Shown in pieces: positions 21,948 through 29,989 of a stretch of DNA of 39,149 bases. The stretch lies in the IMG/VR virus record IMGVR_UViG_3300047172_000023, positions 1-39,149 of that record, one strand, 5' to 3'. The position numbers were made by a program, and so were the translations under genes. This DNA comes from a virus. The notes below the pieces were generated by a model. That model was not told the origin of the DNA. It searched no databases and saw nothing but the letters and a program-made list of their open reading frames with translations. Within the stretch, counting starts at the first letter, position 1. The number at the start of each line of letters is the position of its first letter.

Positions 21948-22322
21948 TTAAGAACCTTTAGTGTTACCTACAATTATACAAGAGCCGCTCCCCGATATGG
22001 GCGTGTAGGTAACTCGGACGTACCTGTAATAGCAATCCGAAAAGTTGTACAAAATAGCATCTGGTCCAAATACGTTAATTGAAGAACCGGCCAGAGTCGT
22101 CCAGTTAGTTGGAACAAAAGCCGCGTATTGAAAATTGGCATCTTGCGGGCTTGGGGCGTCGTTAGAACCTTCTAAAATCATAGTTCCACTAGGGCTGCCC
22201 GTGTAACTGACCTGTATGGAATAGCCGTACGAGTAGGTCAAGTCTAAGGGCATAGAATGGAGCGTGGTGCTCATGTCCCCATTCTTTAGTAGAACTTCAT
22301 TTTTAGTTCTAAAAGATGCCAT
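21948..22322 (-). CDS. Small beta-sandwich virion protein, paralog 1
   Basis: Shares YSYGYSIQ / VPTNW / YYRYVRVTY / GNTKG with 22322..22678. Confidence 0.55.
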   Translation of the reverse strand: MASFRTKNEVLLKNGDMSTTLHSMPLDLTYSYGYSIQVSYTGSPSGTMILEGSNDAPSPQDANFQYAAFVPTNWTTLAGSSINVFGPDAILYNFSDCYYRYVRVTYTPISGSGSCIIVGNTKGS

Positions 22323-22678
22323 TAAAAGCCTTTAACATTCCCAGTAACAGTTAAGTTTCCAGTTCCACTAGAGTTTGTCCACACAACACGTACGAAAGAA
22401 TAGTACGCATTGATGCTGTTAAACACTTCATTAGAACTTGCTGTGACTGTTACAGGAGAACCAAAATTTACCCAATTAGTTGGAACGTACCCGGCGTACC
22501 CGAATGATGCGTTAGCGGGAGCATCACACGATACCTGTAGTTGAAGGGTTCCACCCACACTTCCAGTAAAAATGCATTGAATAGCGTATCCAAATGCATA
22601 CTCTAATGGGAGCGGTGCCGACGTAAGGTTTCCTGCTGCGTTACCCGCATTAATCAGAATTTCATTGTATACGCGCAT
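22322..22678 (-). CDS. Small beta-sandwich virion protein, paralog 2
   Basis: YAFGYAIQ / VPTNW / YYSFVRVVW / GNVKG. Adjacent tandem copy. Confidence 0.55.
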   Translation of the reverse strand: MRVYNEILINAGNAAGNLTSAPLPLEYAFGYAIQCIFTGSVGGTLQLQVSCDAPANASFGYAGYVPTNWVNFGSPVTVTASSNEVFNSINAYYSFVRVVWTNSSGTGNLTVTGNVKGF

Positions 22679-22681
22679 GAC

Positions 22682-23101
22682 TTAGAAACTCCGTTTCCGT
22701 TTGCGTAGGGCATCTAGGAATTCGCGGCTGGGTTCTTGCATTTCTTCCGGTTCTGCATCATCCCGATAGTCGTTGTCCATAGACGTCAAGTAAGGGTCGA
22801 AGCCCTTGGACGGCATCGGAGAATCGTGGTGCTCCGTGTGCTTGCTTCCGTCTTCACTACCCATTGCGGGCATCATTTGCATGTCCTTTTGCTCTTCACC
22901 TTCGGACGTATGGTAACGCGCGGTGAAATCCGCATACTCTTTTTCATCAATGAGGCCGCCCTCATATAGCTTCTTTACATGTTCTGGTAGTTTCATTCCC
23001 TTGCTCGCTTGGTCAAATTCATTGACCGTAGATTGTTTTATATCCCCTCGCGCCTCCGCAGCGTGAAAGAATCGACGTTGTGCGTCTGATTTATAAGGCA
23101 T
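22682..23101 (-). CDS. Acidic hypothetical protein (139 aa)
   Basis: The N-terminal KSDAQRRFFHAAEARG resembles the DUF3008-type motif I recall. The remainder is D/E-rich. Confidence 0.5.
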   Translation of the reverse strand: MPYKSDAQRRFFHAAEARGDIKQSTVNEFDQASKGMKLPEHVKKLYEGGLIDEKEYADFTARYHTSEGEEQKDMQMMPAMGSEDGSKHTEHHDSPMPSKGFDPYLTSMDNDYRDDAEPEEMQEPSREFLDALRKRKRSF

Positions 23102-23102
23102 A

Positions 23103-24722
23103 CTATTCCATCCAATTAACTATTGGGCAAATTACGTTAAGTGAAAACTGTACTACAGGGTCCCCAAATAATAAACCGCTGACGCCAAAGTCTGTAAAAG
23201 TACTTCCTTGAAAAATCAACATTGCTATGTTTTGAGAATCATACAAATAGGTTTTACCAAACCAGTTACCAGTGGCAGTGGAGTACCCTCCGCCGTCCCC
23301 CACTGAACCCTCCCCCGAATTTGCTCCTACAACCGCAAATTTTCCAGTATCTACTTGTAACCCGAACGGGAGTGGAATTAAATAACGGGCCACGCTGCCT
23401 GAAGAGCCTCCAGAAGTTTGGGCGTACCCGTAGTTAATTTCAATTGAATCTCCTGTACGTCTCCATTGTGCATTATCTAAAGTAGTCGTACCTTTGGTTG
23501 GGGGAGTTGGTCCTTCAGAGCCTATAGTTACACTGTATTGAGTCCAGGGTGTTATACATTTATGGTCTTGAATTTTCCAATTAGACCCGTCAGAAAAGAG
23601 CGTGTACGACTCATTCTGGGTTTGAAGATAGATAGTTGTGTACCCGTCTATTGTTTCGGAACCCCCTCCTGCAATTATAACGCTAATCGGGTTGTTTGGA
23701 TTCATGTCTACGCGTTTAAGGATGTAAACTTTACCTGTTATACCAGTAGCCACTGGCAAAGTCAGCGTAAAAGAGCCTCCAGTACCGTCAACAGTTACGA
23801 CTTGGTCCGTAGAAGTCAGAGTGTAGTTGGCCGTTTTAGAAGTTACAGTATAGTTACCGCCCGCGGGAGCAGAAGATACCCACGTCGTTCCGTTACTTGT
23901 AAGAACGTTGCCGGAAGTCCCGGGGGACGACAGACCGGTACCGCCATTAGCAACAGGCAATATTCCTGTTACTTTTGCAGTTAAATCAATCGTTGAATTT
24001 GCAATCTTACTGTTAGTAATTGCCAGGGGTTGAATTGTGGCAGCAACTGAACCGGGTCCGGTTGCAGCGACATCCCCCGTTAATGCTGTAATGTAATTTC
24101 CTGTTGGTTGTTTACCTGCTAAGTCAGAAACTAAATTTGTAACTTGTGATTCAGCGATTTGAATTGAAGTGTTACTTGCAGCTGTGACTAAACCTTTTCC
24201 GTTAACGGTAAACGTACCAACTTGAGTTGAAGAACCAAACAAACCAACGTTGCTATTTACTGTCGCTAAAGTTAATGCAGCCGAACCCGGACCAGAGGCG
24301 GTTCCGTCGCCAGTAAGGGCAGTGATGTAGTTACCAGCAGCTTGTTTAGAGTTAAAGGTAGTCCAATCTGAAGAACTCAAATACCCATTTTGGGTAGAGT
24401 TTGCAACTTGAATTGTTAGGTTTGGGTTGAGGCCTCCAGAGCTAAATAGTGGAGAAGAGGCTGTAACTGAGGAGACGTAAGAGAGCGCTGGTATGTCGGC
24501 AGAAACCAGTGAGCGAAATGTCGGTGTTGCAGCGCCTCCACTTGCGGGACCAGCAAACACAGTGTTGGCGGGCTCTGTAGTAAATGTAGCTGTCAATGTT
24601 CCGTTGTTAGTAACCGGAGACCCGGTGACCGTAAAGATAGAGGGAAGAGAGAGGCCGACACTGGTTACCGTTCCAGTGCCCGCTCCCGTTGCAGGGTAAC
24701 GTATGTACTGTGTGGTAGCCAT
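23103..24722 (-). CDS. Tail fibre protein with GNYITALTGD-type repeats
   Basis: GNYITALTGDGTASGPGSAALTLATVNSNVG and GNYITALTGDVAATGPGSVAATIQP are tandem repeats, a type I recall in phage and chlorovirus fibres (DUF5907-like). 539 aa. Confidence 0.7.
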   Translation of the reverse strand: MATTQYIRYPATGAGTGTVTSVGLSLPSIFTVTGSPVTNNGTLTATFTTEPANTVFAGPASGGAATPTFRSLVSADIPALSYVSSVTASSPLFSSGGLNPNLTIQVANSTQNGYLSSSDWTTFNSKQAAGNYITALTGDGTASGPGSAALTLATVNSNVGLFGSSTQVGTFTVNGKGLVTAASNTSIQIAESQVTNLVSDLAGKQPTGNYITALTGDVAATGPGSVAATIQPLAITNSKIANSTIDLTAKVTGILPVANGGTGLSSPGTSGNVLTSNGTTWVSSAPAGGNYTVTSKTANYTLTSTDQVVTVDGTGGSFTLTLPVATGITGKVYILKRVDMNPNNPISVIIAGGGSETIDGYTTIYLQTQNESYTLFSDGSNWKIQDHKCITPWTQYSVTIGSEGPTPPTKGTTTLDNAQWRRTGDSIEINYGYAQTSGGSSGSVARYLIPLPFGLQVDTGKFAVVGANSGEGSVGDGGGYSTATGNWFGKTYLYDSQNIAMLIFQGSTFTDFGVSGLLFGDPVVQFSLNVICPIVNWME

Positions 24723-24723
24723 G

Positions 24724-25065
24724 TTAGATTGCCTTTGCTGTGATGTTACAGTTTAAAACGCCTGCCCCAGTGCCACTATAAGTGACTTGAATATAGGGGG
24801 CGGAGAGTGCGAAGATATCGATGTATATTGAGCCGGGCGCTCCTGAAGCTACCGGCGATTGGGGGAGTGTAAGAGGAACCCAGTTAATTTTGTCTGTAGA
24901 CACGTTTACAGAAAACGTTCCAGTGGGGGTTCCTGTCCATGTCAGCTGTACCCCGATGTCGTCCAGGTACCTAATGTCAGTGGCTGGAGAAGTTATCGGG
25001 GAAGCCATGTTTGCGTTGGTAATCAAAGGAAACACGGGTAAAAAGTTCTTACTGTTGCCGGCCAT
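24724..25065 (-). CDS. Small beta-sandwich virion protein, distant paralog 3
   Basis: QLTWTGTPTGTFSVNVSTD...INWVPL...YIQVTYSGTGAGVL..ITAKA matches the pattern of 21948..22678. Confidence 0.5.
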   Translation of the reverse strand: MAGNSKNFLPVFPLITNANMASPITSPATDIRYLDDIGVQLTWTGTPTGTFSVNVSTDKINWVPLTLPQSPVASGAPGSIYIDIFALSAPYIQVTYSGTGAGVLNCNITAKAI

Positions 25066-25068
25066 TGT

Positions 25069-27240
25069 TTATGCTCCTGACCTTTGTGCGGTCGCTTGTT
25101 GGGCTGTTAATGCCCGTTCACTTATTGAAATCTCTCGCATACCTTTACTTGTAGGTTTAGGTCTGCCGATAAAAGCTTGTTCTTTTTGTTGAGCTTGCTG
25201 ATTAGCTACTTCTAGCTGCATTTGGTTAGCTTGAATTGACTGAGGCGCCAATGAGCCATCCAAGTTCTGCCCGAGCAATAAGGAAATCATCATTTTCTTA
25301 TGATAAGGCATGTCCTTGGCCTTTTTGTTATCACTTAAAGATGACATCAGGGCTTGCTTAATTTGGGTAAAGAGGGCGGGGTGCACTGTGGCAACTGCCT
25401 CTAAGCTCTCTTGGGTCAAAGTACCTTCCGCGGCCTGTTTCATAATGACTAGCGGATTCTCGACTGCTTGGTAGTACTCATTAAAATGCGCTATTTGGGT
25501 CCCGGAGGGCTCTGGTTTGCGCGCTAGGGGTCCCGGGTCACTCGTCTGAGGTATTTTGCTAGCCAAGAAGCTTATAGCGCGTCCTGCCGTCTGCCTCATT
25601 GCGTCTACGACTGCGGGAGCGTGTTGCTCTAGACCGGCCGTATTATCGTGAATCTTATTAGTCGTGCCCTCGATGTCCTGATTAAGCGACTGAATTTGTT
25701 CAGTTATTTTAGTATAAGACTTTTTATCATCTGCCGCTATTTTGCCTGCTGCGAACCCTTTAATAGGAGAAATGCCCTGACTAGAGGAGGCCACCGCGTC
25801 AGCCAAATTCCCTAATTGTTTAGCGGACTTACTAATAGTCTGCTGTAACTCACCGAGTTTATTGATAGTTTCGATAGGGTTACGCAATACTTCAAACACG
25901 GACGCCGCCCCTGTTACGAGGGGCGTTGGTATACCTAGCAAATGCCCTACCGCCACTACGCCCAACCCCTCACCCACTCCACCAGCTTTACCACTATATT
26001 TTTGTGTCAACTTTTGTGCCAAAGCAGCATCTTGTTGTTGCTGCAATAAATCTTTATTCTTACTTATCAACTCTTGAAGGTTGTCAGAGTCGGGGGTTAA
26101 ATTTGAAGGACCTAGGGCGTGCTCATTGCTAAGTTTCTCTAACAAATTGCTGGCGGAATCAAAGTAGTTGCTGAAGGCTTCCGCTCCTTTGATGCCTCGA
26201 GCAGAGTTGGTATTCTTTAAAAATGTCTCAACTTTAACTGGGTCAATCTTCAATTGCCCCCGAGACTTATACATAAACTGTTTTGCAAAGTCCCCGTTTC
26301 CCTTAGAGGAATCAACTGACTGAAGGTAGTCGCTCATGGCCGATTGAGTTTCAGGAGTCAAGTCATCAAACTCTTTAACAGCTCCACGGAGTGCGCTCTC
26401 AACAGTCTGATGCATGTCTTGAAGGGAAGAGACAAAGTCTGCCGCCTTAGCTTCGCCTTCTTCACGACCCAAATTAGCGAAGGTTTCCATTATCTTTTCT
26501 TTAGGAACTTTAGAAATAGGTGCGGAAATAGATGCGAACGCCTCTTTACCTGCGTTTTTAATGGCCTCTAAGGGCTCTGAGAGCCCTGCAACATCGGAAA
26601 CCTTACTTAGGGCACCCTTGGCCGCTTGTAAACCCTCTGGGAGGCTTCCAGCGAGTTTAAACGCCCCTCCAAGACCCGCTCCCCAAAGAGCACTTGTGCC
26701 AATTTCACTTAAAGCTTGTTGAGCAACGACTTGAGGGTCTCCGACAACAGCATCATTAACAACATTGCTAGTACCAAACGTTGCGCCTTCGGCAGCGCCT
26801 CTAGCCAAAGTAGTAGCGATTTTACCTGCAACACCCGCGTCTTCTCCCAATCCAACTAACCCAGTTAACCCTGCGGCTAGCTTGCTAGCTCGCGCGGCAA
26901 CCTTAGCAATACCTGTTCCAGGAGCAAAAGCGCCTCCAAGTTCTCCTGCAACAGACGATGTTGGATTATATTTAACCAGCTTTTCCTGTATTTCCGGACT
27001 TGCTCCGATATTCGTAAGGAGTGACGCTCCCACTCCAAAAGGAAGCGCTCCCTTTAAAGCACCCGCAGCTGCAGCCATTCCCGGGTGTGCCCCGTAAACT
27101 TGTCTTTCCGCCTCTTCATGAATCTGGTCAGAAGTGGGAACAGTGAATCCTTGGTTAAGTGCTTCCTTTAAGTTACTAGAAGGAACACTACCAAATTCCC
27201 CTTCAGGGCTGATTATCGGTGATGTATCGTTATTGGGCAC
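25069..27240 (-). CDS. Internal virion / ejection-type protein (723 aa)
   Basis: G/A-rich hydrophobic stretches plus long helical regions. Its position downstream of the nozzle matches that of the T7 core proteins. Confidence 0.5.
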   Translation of the reverse strand: MPNNDTSPIISPEGEFGSVPSSNLKEALNQGFTVPTSDQIHEEAERQVYGAHPGMAAAAGALKGALPFGVGASLLTNIGASPEIQEKLVKYNPTSSVAGELGGAFAPGTGIAKVAARASKLAAGLTGLVGLGEDAGVAGKIATTLARGAAEGATFGTSNVVNDAVVGDPQVVAQQALSEIGTSALWGAGLGGAFKLAGSLPEGLQAAKGALSKVSDVAGLSEPLEAIKNAGKEAFASISAPISKVPKEKIMETFANLGREEGEAKAADFVSSLQDMHQTVESALRGAVKEFDDLTPETQSAMSDYLQSVDSSKGNGDFAKQFMYKSRGQLKIDPVKVETFLKNTNSARGIKGAEAFSNYFDSASNLLEKLSNEHALGPSNLTPDSDNLQELISKNKDLLQQQQDAALAQKLTQKYSGKAGGVGEGLGVVAVGHLLGIPTPLVTGAASVFEVLRNPIETINKLGELQQTISKSAKQLGNLADAVASSSQGISPIKGFAAGKIAADDKKSYTKITEQIQSLNQDIEGTTNKIHDNTAGLEQHAPAVVDAMRQTAGRAISFLASKIPQTSDPGPLARKPEPSGTQIAHFNEYYQAVENPLVIMKQAAEGTLTQESLEAVATVHPALFTQIKQALMSSLSDNKKAKDMPYHKKMMISLLLGQNLDGSLAPQSIQANQMQLEVANQQAQQKEQAFIGRPKPTSKGMREISISERALTAQQATAQRSGA

Positions 27241-28588
27241 TCTTAAATCCTAAAGAAGGGCGTGCTCTGTAGCTCGGCAGGTACGGAGCTATCTTTGCAT
27301 CTCGTTGTTCAATTAGGGAGCGTTTCAAAGCTTTTGTTCTCTCGTCGTGCAAAAGAACTTCTCTCAGCTCGGTTGGGTTATTAAATGTTTGTTCGAGAAT
27401 CTTAATACCTTCGGGGCTTAACCGACCGAGGCCCGACACCCCCTTAAGCTGTGTTAAAAGAGTCGCAGTTAAAGCTTTAGCTTGTTGGTACTGGGGACTC
27501 AAGGGGGTTAAGGGGTTAACAGCTAACTGTTCTAACCTATTCAACGTATCGATTGGTGGCTGGTGTTGTCCCAGCACTTCTTGAACCTTACCGGCTGCTT
27601 GAGGACTCGAAGCTTGGATTGCTGTCCCGTCGCCAAAGGAAACCACAGAAGCTGGGTTCTTTGCAAACGGGGCCAAATTGGCATCAAACCGCCCGCCGGT
27701 AGCGATTTTATTTTGTAAATTGTACAAGTATAATTGTTGACTAATAGCTGCTTGCTTTTGGTCGATGGCTGCAGTACCCAGCATGTAAGCTTGTTGTGCC
27801 GCGGGGGTTTGAGCTTTAGCTGCTGCTTGAGCTAATTGTTGCTGAGCAATTGAAAGCTGTTGGCTTTGAGTTAGTGCAGTAGCTTCTCTCTCATCCTTAC
27901 CCATTTCCAAATATTTATTAAATAAACTATTCTTATTCTCGAGGTTCGCTTTTTGAGCTTCGACGTCTTGTTTAATTTGGTTATCTAAAACGTTCACAGC
28001 TTGGTTTATTCCACTCGCGCCTGCTCCGATACCTCCAAGCACTAGCCCAAGTACAGTAGAAATTTTTCCTGGAGTAGAAAGATTATTAAAGTAGGCTTTA
28101 GGGTCAATTTTAGTGTTCGCAATTTCTTTTGCTAATTCACTTTGTTTTTGTAGACGGTCTGCTTCACGCTCTTGATGAGCTGCTAACTCGTCTTGGGCAT
28201 TAACAACTTGGTCACCAATAGCTTGCTGAGCTTCCTTACTTTGCTCAATCTGACCCTGTTCACCAGTCTGTAAACCTTGTCGTTCCCGCTCGAAGGCTTC
28301 TGCGTACTGTCCTGCAACATCGGGACTCATAGGAGTGTTAGGAACTTCCTGAGGAGCCGATGCGGGCATCTGGGGGGCGCCCTCTTGAGCTGCCGGCGCT
28401 GGGGCCTCTACGTCTTCTGGTTGAGCGTCTGTTGTGCCTTCATCATAATGCGCCATCCCGCCTTCGCACATCTTCTTAATGCGCTCGTGCATGGGCTTAG
28501 TGAGGCCTGCTTTAGCCACGTGAAATGAACCACCTTCCGGTGTCTCAATTTCGTAGTGATGCTCAGATTCATCTTTAATCTTATACAT
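27230..28588 (-). CDS. Internal virion protein (452 aa), Q/A-rich with one TM-like segment
   Basis: ISTVLGLVLGGIGAGASGI, followed by QQ/AA-rich helices. Confidence 0.5.
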   Translation of the reverse strand: MYKIKDESEHHYEIETPEGGSFHVAKAGLTKPMHERIKKMCEGGMAHYDEGTTDAQPEDVEAPAPAAQEGAPQMPASAPQEVPNTPMSPDVAGQYAEAFERERQGLQTGEQGQIEQSKEAQQAIGDQVVNAQDELAAHQEREADRLQKQSELAKEIANTKIDPKAYFNNLSTPGKISTVLGLVLGGIGAGASGINQAVNVLDNQIKQDVEAQKANLENKNSLFNKYLEMGKDEREATALTQSQQLSIAQQQLAQAAAKAQTPAAQQAYMLGTAAIDQKQAAISQQLYLYNLQNKIATGGRFDANLAPFAKNPASVVSFGDGTAIQASSPQAAGKVQEVLGQHQPPIDTLNRLEQLAVNPLTPLSPQYQQAKALTATLLTQLKGVSGLGRLSPEGIKILEQTFNNPTELREVLLHDERTKALKRSLIEQRDAKIAPYLPSYRARPSLGFKSAQ

Positions 28589-29496
28589 TAGAGCTTACCG
28601 CCCTTCCACTTCCTTCGTGCTGCCACAACCTTGCCGTACCCCTCTGCTGGCTCACCACGAACAGCGGCCATGAAATTCTTAACTGCATCAGGGTCTAGGC
28701 GCTGCGTAACGGAGCGTGGGACCACGATTGTGCCAGGTCGTAACATCTTAGGAACAATGTCGTTCTGTGGACTGTCGCCTTGAACAGGAGCCTCGCCAGG
28801 AACAATTCCACCATCATCAGCACTTCCGCCTGGAGGGATAATTTTCTCCCCGGGGGAAACCATTGCAGGAACTTCTCCGCCGCCACTAAAAGCCTTAGCT
28901 GCAGAGGCCGCTCCTTGACCCAATCCACCAATTCCGCCTAACAGGCTAGGAACGAATGAGTTGGCTGCTTGAGCATTCTGTGAAGCAACGCCAGCGTTAA
29001 TTCCTTGAACACCCAAGTTCTGTTGTACATTGAGGGCATTCTGTCCTTGCTGGATTCCACCCAACGCTCCAATTTGGCTAATTCCCAAATTACCTTCTTG
29101 TCCCAGCACCCCAGCCAATTGTTGCTGAGCGGCTAACTGTTGCTGTTGTTGCAATTGAGCTGACTGATTAGCAGATGCTTGGTTATTCTGCGCGTTATTC
29201 TGTAGAATCTGACGAGCTGCCAATTGAGGGTTAAGGCCACGCTGTCCAGCAATTAAACCAGCCGCTTGTTGGTTCTCCTGATTAAGGGCGGATTGCAGTT
29301 GAGTCTGGCCTAAGTTTGGACCTTGCCCCTGCATCTGGCCTTGCAACGCTTGTGCGAGTTGCTGCTCTTGACTCAAAGCTTGCCCGGGTGCCCCCAGCGC
29401 TCCTTGTAGAGCACCGCTAACATCAGTCTGCTGTAGAGGTGTAGCCGCTGCATTATAATTATTCTTTGCAGTGAATAACTGCCCTAAGAATCCCAT
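28588..29496 (-). CDS. Gln/Gly-rich low-complexity virion protein (302 aa)
   Basis: About 200 aa of Q/N/G/A/L repeats. The C-terminus is PAMVSPGEKIIPPG...IVPKMLRPGTIVVPRSV. Confidence 0.5.
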   Translation of the reverse strand: MGFLGQLFTAKNNYNAAATPLQQTDVSGALQGALGAPGQALSQEQQLAQALQGQMQGQGPNLGQTQLQSALNQENQQAAGLIAGQRGLNPQLAARQILQNNAQNNQASANQSAQLQQQQQLAAQQQLAGVLGQEGNLGISQIGALGGIQQGQNALNVQQNLGVQGINAGVASQNAQAANSFVPSLLGGIGGLGQGAASAAKAFSGGGEVPAMVSPGEKIIPPGGSADDGGIVPGEAPVQGDSPQNDIVPKMLRPGTIVVPRSVTQRLDPDAVKNFMAAVRGEPAEGYGKVVAARRKWKGGKL

Positions 29497-29873
29497 TATC
29501 TTAACTCCTTAAACATCATAATCTTTTTAGCTTTATTTTCGAAGCCGGAACGTTCGGCCCGTTTAACAATGGATTCGTCACCGGTAAAGGCCACAATATA
29601 TGTGAATCCTTTTGCCTCAGCGATTGCTAGAAGGTGTTCTGTTACAACTTCTAATGCCTTATTGCGAATCTCCGAATCACACTCTGGGTTGGTTACGTAC
29701 CCTTCTAGTATACAAAGGGATGAATCGGTAGAATAAAGAAATCCTGCGGCTACTCCTGGAACTATGGAACCCACTTTGGGGTACAAATCTGACTTAGGTA
29801 TGGGCAGATTTCGGGCCGACAGCCACTTTGCTAGGCTATCTATGTCGCGACTAGATGTGAGTCTAGGCTGCAT
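29496..29873 (-). CDS. Small GNAT-like protein (125 aa), divergent
   Basis: AAGFLYSTDS...LEGYVTNP...RNKALEVVTEHLLAIAEAKGF...KRAERSGF gives an acetyltransferase-like pattern. AGGAG lies 5 nt before the ATG. Confidence 0.35.
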   Translation of the reverse strand: MQPRLTSSRDIDSLAKWLSARNLPIPKSDLYPKVGSIVPGVAAGFLYSTDSSLCILEGYVTNPECDSEIRNKALEVVTEHLLAIAEAKGFTYIVAFTGDESIVKRAERSGFENKAKKIMMFKELR

Positions 29874-29945
29874 CGCTACTCCTAATAGGAGCGGTGGATG
29901 TGTACTTGGCGTCTTGTCGTTTCATCGCTGAAGAATATGTATTAA

Positions 29946-29975
29946 TATATACCATACTATGTCAATACTATGCAA
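29946..29975 (-). promoter_or_regulatory. Candidate promoter TTGCAT-N18-TATATA
   Basis: The minus strand reads TTGCATagtattgacatagtatggTATATA in the 116-nt gap between the nozzle gene and the GNAT-like gene. Confidence 0.3.
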
Positions 29976-29989
29976 CTAAATAATTACTA

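Noticed and set aside
23538-23984. Long antisense or alternate-frame ORFs inside large genes, for example 23538..23984(+), 37113..37643(+), 7342..7866(-), 34753..35085(-) and 28695..28931(-).
   Set aside because: They are embedded in well-supported genes on the opposite strand or in another frame. They lack RBSs and have R/S/C/L-rich shadow-frame compositions.
29882-29894. The 13-mer CTAATAGGAGCGG is shared between 29882-29894 (plus) and 35302-35314 (minus) and looks like further copies of the intergenic element.
   Set aside because: Exact 13-mer pairs are expected by chance about 20 times in a 39-kb genome. At 35302 it is simply a TAA-TAG double stop plus an AGGAG-like run. At 29882 it is the palindromic RBS hairpin (CTCCTAATAGGAG) of gene 29496..29873.
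29960-29965. The perfect TTGACA (minus strand) as the -35 of the promoter in the 29874-29989 gap.
   Set aside because: No acceptable -10 lies at 16-18 nt (ATACAT or TACATA only). The neighbouring TTGCAT-N18-TATATA is the better candidate. About 19 TTGACA hexamers are expected by chance on the two strands, and the several I checked inside coding regions also lacked a -10.
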